Shown here in pieces: positions 36,695-47,209 of a stretch of DNA of 64,000 nt; the stretch's first letter is position 1; each line of letters begins with the position of its first letter. The position numbers and the translations under genes are program-made. This DNA comes from Curvularia clavata (lineage: Eukaryota): positions 5,084,001-5,148,000 of the forward strand of contig CP089275.1 in NCBI GenBank assembly GCA_023920165.1, given 5' to 3'. Under the pieces are notes generated by a model. That model saw nothing but the letters and a program-made list of their open reading frames with translations. It did not search any database and had not been told where the DNA came from.

Positions 36695-37543
36695 ATGACA
36701 GATCCAGCGCAATCATTCTTCTCGACATCGGACCGTGCTCCGCAGGCACTTACCAAAATGTCTCTGGATTACATGGATCCAGACGGGCAGGAAGTCTTAC
36801 AAGATCTCTGCTCTACTCAAGATTGGTTCACTGCCGAGAACATCTCGTACCAGGCACCATCGGGCACCTCATCACTTTGGCTCGCCAACGACCTACCCAC
36901 ATCGTGCAACTACGCGGAATCAACGCTGTTCTTTGCTTCAGAATCATCTATCGAAGGTCAAAACCAGCTCGACTTCTCTCCTACGGCCAGGCAGACGAAT
37001 TTCGTAAACGCTACAGCACCAGCTGAACTCCACAACTTGACGGCGCTTTCAAATGATGAGTCACCCATTATCGTCACTAGCAGCGAAAGTTCTCTCATTT
37101 GGATGTCTGAGAACAACGTTGTGTCGCCAACTTCGCCGGGTGCTTTACGTCAAACTCGGCAGGTTAAGAGAATGCTAGCTTCGGCACCGAACGCATCCCG
37201 CAAGCGTGGTCGACCACGGAAAGATTGCTCGTCACCTGAGACATTCACTCCAATTGCACGACGCAATTCAGACGGTGCAAGAAGAATTCCTCACAACGAG
37301 GTTGAACGGAAATACCGTGAAGGCCTCAATGCGTCATTTCGAAAACTGCAATGTGCAGTGCCTGCGCTTGCCCAACTATCAGATGCAATCATTGGTACAG
37401 CAAGGCCGAGTAAAGCTGTCGTTATTGATAGTGCCATCGAATATATCCACAGGCTCGAAAAGGAACGTGACAAGGCACGCTTCCTCCTGGACAGGTTCAA
37501 GAAATACAACTCTTGCATCAGCGAGGATGCATGTTCTACATAG
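36695..37543 (+). CDS. bHLH transcription factor of SREBP type (Tyr in basic region) with AT-hook-like motif and no TM segments
   Basis: HNEVERKYREGLNASFRKL...SKAVVIDSAIEYIHRLE, with RKRGRPRK upstream. First ATG at 36695 (the ORF track start is a TTG). Confidence 0.85.
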   Translation: MTDPAQSFFSTSDRAPQALTKMSLDYMDPDGQEVLQDLCSTQDWFTAENISYQAPSGTSSLWLANDLPTSCNYAESTLFFASESSIEGQNQLDFSPTARQTNFVNATAPAELHNLTALSNDESPIIVTSSESSLIWMSENNVVSPTSPGALRQTRQVKRMLASAPNASRKRGRPRKDCSSPETFTPIARRNSDGARRIPHNEVERKYREGLNASFRKLQCAVPALAQLSDAIIGTARPSKAVVIDSAIEYIHRLEKERDKARFLLDRFKKYNSCISEDACST

Positions 37544-38898
37544 AGGCGGGCTTGAGGCGACGTCAAAGCACTAATGGATTCGTAGTCAGACTGTTTACTT
37601 CTTCCTCTGCCGAACAAGAGACTTAGCATAGGAAGACGCAGTGGCAGAGACCCCCTCGAAAATGTACATCTACACCAAATTCATAAGATCTAATCCTATT
37701 CGCAACGCAGTTCGGATCAACATTTGTAAGTTCGGTTTAACCAAGTCCATCATGCTGTGCCGCACTTGCTTTAATCTATGGCTCATGTGACTCGATTCCG
37801 AAGTACGAAAATTGACCCAAAATAATGCCTGGTGTTCCCCGAATGCAACAGAATGAAATGTCGGGCTGGTTAGTTCAGGACGTATCCTGGACCAGTGTTG
37901 ATCGTTTTTTTTTTTGCAATCTTGTGAAATCTCCCGACGACTTCGCTTCCTCCGACAAAGCTTTCGATGTACACATAATCCATTCTCTAAGGACAAGAAG
38001 AAAGAGGGCTATGGACGAGTCGGTGCTGTGCGCTGGAGAATGCCCACGCATTGTCTTGGCTGCTCCATATCATGTGAGTCGATCCAGAGGTACTATAGCC
38101 GCGCGGGGAGCCGTAGTTCCATGAAGACAATCTCAAGCAACGTTCGCTTGTACCAGCCTATAGCTCTTGGTCTAATCGGTTGAAGAGGCATACGGGGTGC
38201 TTGCGAACACCTCCCGATGGCAGATCGACTTCCGCGCAAGAATCTATGCCCAACAGTGATGGCCTTTCTACTTCGCGATTTATGATAATATCCACTCAAG
38301 GCTAGTTCTTAAATGACTGACAAATATAGCCGTTCGCCCAAGTCGAGAATAGGTATACTAAGAGTTATATCTGTTATCGAGGAAGTTTAGAGCGTGAGTA
38401 TGCAGCGGTGTTGAGGGCCTTTCCGGACTATAAACAGGGGGAGAAAGACAACAATTCGTCTTATTTGATCCTGCGTAAAAACTAGACACACCCTGCAGAG
38501 GTATCGTTAGCAAGCTCGTGCCATGAAGTGATCGTATGACAGAATTGACTTATAGTTGAGATCATGTGTTATCCGGTGCTAGCCCAAAGTAAGTGTGGAG
38601 AGACTGCATGCTATTCCCTGTATGGGTGATTTTGGAACTTTTTGTCAAGGCATCTCACGATCTTTCACGTAACTCCAATCAACTTCGGTAAAGCTCGCGA
38701 TAAGTTTCCTGATGTGGCCTCACTGGCATCGATACACCGCATCGTATGATCCGGAAACCCGAGAATGATGGTAAGGATGCCTGATGCTCTTTGCCTTAAA
38801 AGTTTACTGAGCATATATTGCCATCTTCATACGTTATGAAAAGTTGAAGTTTAAATAAGAGGCCTGTTTTTCACCTGACGACTTGAGAAGCACACATC

Positions 38899-39525
38899 AT
38901 GTTGCAACTTGCCAACCTCTATCAGCACAGTCATCCTATCGCGTCGCATGGAAGCCACTCTCGAGTGCCCGGCCATCACGTGGGCTTGTTCCATCAGGCC
39001 CCCTTATTCTTTTCCGACACACTACGGGACAAGCACGAACTTTGTCCAAACTTCGACATACGCGAAACAGCTACCTCGTATTGCTTGGAGGGTGAATTTC
39101 CGGGTATCAGCGGCCCAGAAGCAATCGAAATAGAATGGATCAATCAAAACAGATTGCGAGTCACTGGCCACATTGAGAAAACAGACCTGAAAGCAGAATG
39201 GTCAGCGAATGAGTCGCCCGGAACCCCTCCAGGTCAGCCGGCCAATGAACAGCAAGGTGCACCTGAGCCATCAGTCACATCCGAGAACAAGCTACCACCA
39301 AAAGCTGAAGAGCCAAAGGAATGGCTCAATGAGCGTGCAATCGGAACCTTTGTGCGCACTTTCGATTTCCCTTCAGCTGTTCATACCGATGGCATTCTCG
39401 TCAAGCTCTATCAAGGACTCCTTCGTATCAACGTGCCTAAGAAAGCTGTCCAAGCTGTAGAGAAAAAGAAGATTCCTATCCAGTGTGGGGAACAGGTGAA
39501 TGCCATCCGCGCGCACGGCGCTTAG
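38899..39525 (+). CDS. Small heat-shock protein (Hsp20/alpha-crystallin domain, fungal Hsp30 type)
   Basis: PNFDIRET..YCLEGEFPG and WLNERAIGTFVRTFDFP...LYQGLLRINVPK...KKIPI, separated by the typical fungal loop insertion. Confidence 0.9.
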   Translation: MLQLANLYQHSHPIASHGSHSRVPGHHVGLFHQAPLFFSDTLRDKHELCPNFDIRETATSYCLEGEFPGISGPEAIEIEWINQNRLRVTGHIEKTDLKAEWSANESPGTPPGQPANEQQGAPEPSVTSENKLPPKAEEPKEWLNERAIGTFVRTFDFPSAVHTDGILVKLYQGLLRINVPKKAVQAVEKKKIPIQCGEQVNAIRAHGA

Positions 39526-40006
39526 TTTTAAAATGTTGTATGTATCCAATGATCATGTATGTAACAATTGTCATTCTCTGAACGGAAATCTCCTTTGAAT
39601 TTCTTCGAGTATCACATGTCATATATGTGTTTGCAAAAGATATAACTAGGCCCATAGTTTGCATGTGAATGATTGCAACTCCAATATTAGACACAGGCAA
39701 TGCTGAGAAAGTGAAAAGACCGAAAGAACGAGATAGTCACAAAGTTTCAAGATTGTGACGATACGGCAAGATACCGAATATTGTATCCCATGTGGCAATC
39801 GAAGCAAAATGACATGCCCAGAGTGCTTGGGGTGGGCAACGAGCTGGAGATATTTAATGTGCTCAACTAAAAGCCTTGAATCCCATGTCTTTTTTATACA
39901 AAATCGGTTTTTGCCTTATTGATGGTTCGATGATATTACGAGAACACGTTTCCTATTGACTTGAAATCTTACATGAGAGATGGACGTGAATATTGCAGTT
40001 TAGACC

Positions 40007-40612
40007 TCAAGCACTTGCCACCACGCTCACCAAGATATTTTCGCCACCTTCCTTCACAGCATGCACGACACAGTCTGGCCCAAACGCCCCTTCTAAATCC
40101 TCATTGTACTCGTCATATTCTGCAAAATCCTCCTTCCGCACATTTTCGTCCAGAAGGACCTCTCTGGCTTTCTTCCGGGCTTGATCACGGTCGCCATACG
40201 TTCCTTCAACTACCGAGTAGCGCTCTGAACCGGAACGGTCTTTGTCATAACGAACCACCGTCTGAAGGACATGGTAGATTGGGGGTCGAATTTCTCCTGT
40301 CGAATCCGCAACCAGACGCTCGGAGTTATTCACAGTGTCGATCTCGACCTTGATTATCTCTCCTGGTGATGCTTCTCCGTACACGAGAATACCGTCGCCA
40401 TACTTCCACTCGGATGACTCTTCCTTGACATGATAGCCTATGAAAAACTCGGTGTCGTAGCCTTGCTCTTTCAGTAGTACCTTGGCTGCTTGTTTGGCGA
40501 GCGGCAAGCTTTCGTATGTTTTATGCAAAGTAACGCTGAACATAGGTTCTCCCGGACTATTGGGATTGACCGTAGTCTTCTTAACAACGAACAGGTTGTC
40601 TGTGGCTGACAT
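40007..40612 (-). CDS. Hypothetical protein built from two internal ~90-aa repeats
   Basis: Clean 201-aa intronless ATG ORF with protein-like composition and a visible internal duplication. Confidence 0.75.
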   Translation of the reverse strand: MSATDNLFVVKKTTVNPNSPGEPMFSVTLHKTYESLPLAKQAAKVLLKEQGYDTEFFIGYHVKEESSEWKYGDGILVYGEASPGEIIKVEIDTVNNSERLVADSTGEIRPPIYHVLQTVVRYDKDRSGSERYSVVEGTYGDRDQARKKAREVLLDENVRKEDFAEYDEYNEDLEGAFGPDCVVHAVKEGGENILVSVVASA

Positions 40613-41176
40613 GGCTGTACGCTAGGGTATCGTGGGCGAACTTTGGCCCCAGTTGGGTAGTTTTTGAGAGCGTACTTAAATGAAAGAGCAGCCGAATAGC
40701 AGCTTAACTGTAGCCAATTATGTTTTAGTGGGAACACACATCGAAAACCTTTGGGAAAAACAGTATCACGCGAGATGGATTCAGCTCAGCTCAGCTCATC
40801 ACGTGGTGTCGTGGTGGCATGATTACAATGTTCACTACTCTTCTTTCAGAGAAGTATCATGGCCAGGACTTCAGGAGACTAACCGATTGGTGGCATCAAC
40901 GCCTCGAAGCCGTCGCTTATTGATCACAGGTTTATAGCTCTGCCGTGCAACGAGTGATCTGCAAACGCTTACACCTAAGCGGCAAACCATGTATACCCAG
41001 AGACGCGGCCTTCGTACGTTTGCGACATGTGATTGGAATGGTGGTCTGACCGGAAGGTGGCGGAAATTCTGGCAAGCCAACTCCAGCAATTCTTCTAAAG
41101 CGATGCCAATAAGTATGAACTTGACTAACGTTTTGTACGACACAACATCCAGTAAATTCGATCGGACCTCCCAACA

Positions 41177-41768
41177 ATGATCAAGATTCCGAGATATCTC
41201 AGTGAATTTGAGGAACAGGATACCCCGCCTGATATAAATGGAGCTTCTAGACGCAAGGCGGGCATCATTGTTGGGGTATTATGTATTTCAATGTTACTCA
41301 TCGTGGCACTAGTGTAAGTCCCAATCAGCCTTATTGTTCCTGCAGCACATGGCCTCCTCTCTTACAGCGATTCGTTGCTGAGAAAGCGAGCTCCTAGAGT
41401 CCTAGCATGCTCCAAGTTCTTTAGAAAATCAGCTCAATCAGATGAGTCCGTACGCTGGGAATCGTTACAGTCCGCAGCGCCTACAAAATCATTTCGCAAA
41501 TGGTGCAAGCTGGACGATCATCTCGCTCCTGCTGAAAAGGGAGACGTTGAGAATCCGCCAATATGGTAAGAGGGCTTGAATCTGTAATCATCAGGGCTGA
41601 CTAGTCCATAGTGTTATTTGCCTGGAGGTGCTTTTAGACAAGGACAATGTACGTGTACTGCGCTGCAGACATGTATATCACACGCAGTGCTTTGATCGCT
41701 GGTTTGTAGGACACAGTGTCTGCCCTTTGTGTCACAGTGAAATCTTAGAAACCAAACAGGCAAAATGA
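41177..41768 (+). CDS. Small transmembrane RING-H2 protein (ATL/RNF-like E3 ligase architecture), 3 exons
   Basis: Exons 41177..41313, 41368..41565 and 41612..41768 give TM GIIVGVLCISMLLIVALV and RING-H2 CVIC-x14-CRH-xx-H-xx-C-x10-CPLC. Both introns are GTAAG...YAG and preserve frame. Confidence 0.8.
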
Positions 41769-42414
41769 GATATAGAGCTGAAAGCCTTCGTTGTTAACCG
41801 CCGTGGGGGGCAGGAAGGCAAGACACAGATCCATAGCTACAAACAACCCATATCCTATACTTCGTCTCTGTAACATGGTTATAATCGTGTTGCATTGCTT
41901 ACTGATGCAATCTTGATGCTTTTTCGGATCAGAAGGATCCTTGGGAACGTCTCAATCCCTCTCAAGTATCGCGAGGCAAAAGTGAGTCCTGCTTTACAAG
42001 TAGACAGCTCTGCCCTTCATTGAATAACCCTTTGTAGCCCAATTCCCTTAGATTGCTGGTTTCTCGTGGGAACTTTTTCTAGATATCTGTCATGCTTGCA
42101 ACCGGGAAGTGTGAAAAGGTGTTTCGCCTGTTAGCAAAGTAAGCTTCAAGTAGCCCGACACTTCGCTCTTAGTTGGCACAAGCATACTATCACTATCTTA
42201 TCGGTCCATGTGGCTTGCTTCACTTTATGTAAACCATATCCTTCTACGGTGCCAGGTCAGATAAGGTAAATGCAAAAATGAATCAACCTCCAGCTTCTGA
42301 AGGTCACCCAACAGCAACTGTTTCTAAAACAATAGCCCGTCTAACAGTCTCACTTAAACTCTAAGATGCACCTGAGTGCTTGAGATCGCAATTTCGAACT
42401 GGACAAGATGAATC

Positions 42415-42934
42415 ATGTCTTCAATCACGACATCAACTTCACAAACAATGAGCAAATCATCCCGAGCAGACCTAGCAGCCGCTGCCACTTCGACGGTTCT
42501 CACAGCCGATTAGATCATGAAAGCAATCGAAGCCAGCCATGAAGACAGAGAAAACCACGCGAAAAGAACACATTGGCTGCGCTGCCATTGGCGCCGCAGT
42601 CCCAGCTGGCCCGAGGTTACGTGATTCTTCGAAGACTTTGGATGTATCTGAAGCACATGCGAATCGTGATGGTGGGGATGGTGACTGAATTAGTCATGTT
42701 CACTAAGGGCCACGGTGTTGTCTTTGTCTTTGTCCCGCTTGTCGAGCTCATAATGTCGAAAGAGCTCGATTGCGATGCGCGAGATGACTTGCAGAAGAGA
42801 TTGTTGGTTCATACTCGCTACGCCAGGAAATCATGGGCAACCAAAAACATCATGCAGCGCATATTGTGGCTGAGGTCATTCGTGCGGTCGCTGCGATGAA
42901 GGATACGAGAGATCATGTCCGTGGCGCAGAATGA
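42415..42934 (+). pseudogene. Degenerate gene for a small fungal hypothetical protein
   Basis: Reads MSSITT...ADLAAAATSTVLTAD*IMKAIEASH...HWL/AAIGAAV...*LAEEIVGSYSLRQEIMGNQKHHAAHIVAEVIRAVAAMKD. In-frame stops at 42511, 42686, 42704 and 42785; frameshift at about 42580. Confidence 0.5.
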
Positions 42935-43596
42935 GATAACGATTGTATCTCTTGTGCCGTTCAACGCTTTTGGATTCTTGCCTTTGAATTTTTCCTTACG
43001 TGTCTTTCTTCGAGCGAGTTGTTCTAAATTAGTTTGTTCCAATGTGAGTTAGAAGAGTGAAGTGCCAATGATATCCCGTTCGCGTAGTCCCAAAGAGCAA
43101 AAGCTTTAGCTAGCTTGGCTTCTCCGTCCTTGTTAGCTTTTGCTTGAATAGAAACGTATTTGAATGCGGTTTCGGTTGACTATCGAATGGCTTGACACTT
43201 GGCCAATGAAGAATCGATTTTGGCGGTGGCAGAACTTAGTGGGTGTGAGATGATCTAAGGGTCACAAGGGTTGTAGAGTTCCCGTTAGTACAGTATCAGC
43301 CGTATGCCTAGTGTACTAGCCAACCATGGTCCTTAAGAACAGCATGCGCGCACGTGACCAGAGCTGTATTTACCATCACACCATCACACGATCATATCAC
43401 ACTACATACTCAAATCCGATGGGTGTCACAAGGTATGTATCGATAGCGATGAATCTCTCTGCATTTCATATTCTATATCTGCATATGTGGACATGCAGTC
43501 GTCTTGCGTTGCCTGATGATCTGATACTATGTCTTGCCTCATGATTACAATCCCAAATTCAAATGACGGTCAGAGGCTGATGCAAGTATATCAGAT

Positions 43597-44005
43597 ATGG
43601 AATCTCCTTCATCTCAAAGCGCTGAATCTAGCCCTGGGCTCGAAGTCGTACCGAAAGACGACCTTCACTACCTCCTCGACCTAACTATCAATAAAGCACG
43701 TACATGCAGTCTATAGGCTTAATGAAAGCCTGCCACTAACCCAGAAGCTACAGATTTCCCTCCGTACAAACCTACCCAATTCGCTGCAGGATTTACGGGA
43801 AATATCACTATTGTGCAACACGCTAGAGAACCATCTGCCCGTATGGGATGGGCCAGACGCCGCGTACGAGGAATCCGAAAAGGAGCTTCCACTGGTCGAA
43901 TTTGAGGAAGCAAAGAGCTCGGGCGATTGTAACATATCGATCAAGACGGTTGAAATTTCCGTGACTGAGCCGCGGGACAAAACTACACAAATCCTAGCAG
44001 GATGA
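43597..44005 (+). CDS. Possible small hypothetical protein (2 exons, splice sites uncertain)
   Basis: MESPSSQSAESSPGLEVVPKDDLHYLLDLTINK, then an intron-like segment with CTAAC at 43736, then KLQISLRTNLPNSLQDLREISLLCNTLENHL...; joining in frame needs a GC donor. Confidence 0.4.
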
Positions 44006-44682
44006 GCGATCGGTGCCGGGTCGTAGGAACATGTACGTATACGATGCTTAGTAGCCCATAAAAACATTGAGACAATAAATTCAAAAGGTAATGAACTTCA
44101 CATTCGGATGATCGAGTCCTCGAAATATGTCATTTTCGTCAGAAAGGAAAAATAAAATCATACTCCACTTCATCTGGTATATTGCAGGGGCTTAGCAGCA
44201 TTTCGAGCGTCCATCTCTCAGGATCGAAAAACGCCTTCAAGATCGTCTAGCCCAGATCTTGCATGCGATCTTTCCGAACACTTTAATGATTCCCGAGTGA
44301 AGCTAGGTTGGTGTAACTCTCTTCGAAGACCTCATTTTAGTAGGGAATAGGTATTCTAGCTCAGACGCCCACTCTCTGTAGCTAGCTGTGCGCCCACACA
44401 ACTCAGTGAAATAACAACACAATAATTTCATAGAATGCAATAAACACCGCTCAAATATGCGCAAGATTCTTCATTGTCGTTCTCTTGATTTTTCCTCCTG
44501 AACGCCATGGCATCACGACAAAAAAGCAGTGTTCTCATTGAAATCCGCTGCACAGGCTAGGCAAGTCCTTACTACACCTAAAACCAGCCGACTTCGTACT
44601 ACCCCCCAGCCGCATGCCTTCGTCATCCTATTGCACAGCCTACCGTGAAACAAACGCCTCCAAAAACCCCCACAATTCAGCT

Positions 44683-47209
44683 TCAGCCCCTCTTCTCCAG
44701 CTCCCCCGCTAACCCCGGCGCACCCCAGCTGATGGGCGCAAACGCCTCCTGCGCCTCCACCTGCAAGCCACAGTCGCCTAGGAGTTGCATTCCCGTGTTA
44801 CCCATGACGCTCTCCACACCCGCTAAATCGTGCGCCATCGTACCGTTCTGTCGGATACCCTCGAGGTCGGTACAATATGGCAGCTGCTGCTCGTGGCGCC
44901 TGTGGGGCGATTGCGCGACAATGGCATGCAGGGTGTGTAAGCATCTGCTGATTTTTGCAACCGCATAGTGCGCGAGTTTGTGTGCGGTGTTAGACTCGAG
45001 GGCGCAGAATATTTTCAAGCTTTGCTCAGCGAGGAAAGCGCCAGGTGTGATGGAATGGTGCTCGATGGCGTCGAAAAGGAGGAGCATGCTGCTGTTGAAG
45101 GCTTGTTGGGTTAGGGACCAGTCTATGAGGATAGAAGGGCTGGTTTGGTGGAAAAAGGAGAAGATGGAGAGGATGCTTTGGGATGAGTTTAGTACGACGG
45201 CACAGCCTCGAAGACAGGGTTGGGTTGATGGTGTTGGGGGTGAGTTGCTAGGAGAGGATCGGTTTAAGGTCTGTGGAAATGATGCCTTTCTGCTGATGTG
45301 CGAATCAAGAGGGATCTCGTCTCGTGTTCGCTGGCGATTGAGAAGGATAAGATAAGTGTGAGCCTTGCAGTGGTAAACTAATTTGCGTAAGTGATTTGAC
45401 TGGCGATCCAAAGGACTCCTTTCTCGTCACCAACGGTAGAAGAAAGCTATTTGAGCAGAGGAATTGCTGCGAAAAAGCACCAATCTTCACCCAAGACTTG
45501 AACAAAAGAAATCACACATCGACCGTTTCGCATAACTGTGAAAGATGTTAACGTACCAGCAGCCATCACCCTCAACGACCAAAGTTCCTGCGACGCCGCA
45601 TTCCCTTCGCCCTTCCGCGCCTCATCAAACTGCAGCGTCTCCGGCACCGTATCCAGCAACGCCCTCATTGCATCCGTAAACTCATCAATCCTTGCATCCA
45701 TCAGCCTCCCACAACCCAGAATCTGTCTCGCCAACACCGTAAACCTCACCATAAACTCTCTAAATCTCAGGATATTCATATCAGTCGTAAGTTCCTGCGG
45801 CAGACAGCAAGTTCCAATGCTACTGATACCCAGGGGTCTGCCAAACATCATTGCGTACTCCTCATCAATCCGCAGCATGTGCCACCAGATCTTCTGTCGA
45901 GTGACAACCTCAATTTGCGTGGGGGGAGGCAGCTTGAGGGATTCGGGGTGGCAGTGGAGACCGATAGAATGGGCCAGTCTGATGGTCGTCCCGAATAGAG
46001 CGAAAGCATCTAGGAATCTGCCAGTGTCGGACAGGTATTTTCCGGTCAAGATGAGTGTTTGAATTGCGGTGAGAGAAGGCTTATGCAGGAAAGAATCTAA
46101 TCGTAACGCCTGCATTGCTGCAGCAACTTATATAAATGTTAGTTTCATAGATACATCCTTTGGGAGACATACTGTAGACATTGCCTTTCTGCGCCTCGGC
46201 TTCTTTTTTTGCAGTATCGTATCCAGTATTTTTGTTCCAAACCGACTGTTGTGCACCAAGGGCGAGAATAGCGAACAGCAAAGCCAGCATACTCGGACAC
46301 GACTGCGAATTGCCTCGGGCGTCGGACAGGAAGCGCTCAACTTGCTCTCTCGATACTTCTACGCCCATATCGATGCTTACACGGTGCCCAAAGGCATCTA
46401 GGTAGTCTTGTATGTCGGACTTCGTGGGCAGACAGCTGAGTAGCTGCGGGATGCATTCATCGGAAGAAGCGCTGAAGATGGTGGCAAATGCATATGCGGG
46501 AGCGACTTCGGGTGTAAAAATATCAATAGAGCGAGGTATGATGTGCGTCAGTGTCTCGGAGCTTTTGATGCTGACAGCAGCGAACTCAGTGGAAGTCAGT
46601 TGGTGCTGAGGAAAAAACAGAGACTACTTGCATCATTAAGCACAGTGGCCAGCCCAGGTGTGCCAAAATAAATGCTGTCCTGCCATCCAGGCTCTTGAAA
46701 TCCGGTATGCTTCGAGGCACGCCGTTTCCACGCTGGACCAAATCTACTGCCTGGATTTGAGTCAAGGGGTATAGCCGGATCGGGTTGGTCATCGTGGATG
46801 GGTATACCAAGGGCATGAAATCGTTGTTTGAGTTGAAGATTCTCCGCACGAAGTCTACGTAATTCATAACTTTGCTGGATGGGAGCGTAGTTGCCGTCCT
46901 CAGCTACGAAGTGACATTCGCGAGGTAGACCGCGAACACAGCACGCTGAACAGGGCTTTGTGCGATCACACTATCATTTGTCAGCATCTGTAGATTGGTT
47001 TGAAAACTGGAAGTTTAGTAGTCATGTCTCCACATAAAAGGGAGCAATGGCGATTTCAGGGGTCTAACCTTCACCTTCCGCTCCCTACACTTCGTACAAG
47101 AGAGGAGCTGGCGTTGTGGTTGTGGCTGTGGTTTCTTCTGACTGGTAGTAGCCGTGGAAGAAAGTCTATCTTGGAAATTTTGTAGCTGTTCAAACGGTAT
47201 CTCAGCCAT
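44683..47209 (-). CDS. Zn(II)2Cys6 transcription factor with fungal-specific TF domain (5 exons)
   Basis: CTKCRERKVK/CDRTKPCSACCVRGLPREC across intron 1; middle homology region IRLAHSIGLH...RQKIWW...D..YAMMFGRP. Introns about 46971-47068, 46585-46631 (GC donor), 46127-46172 and 45378-45557. Confidence 0.85.
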
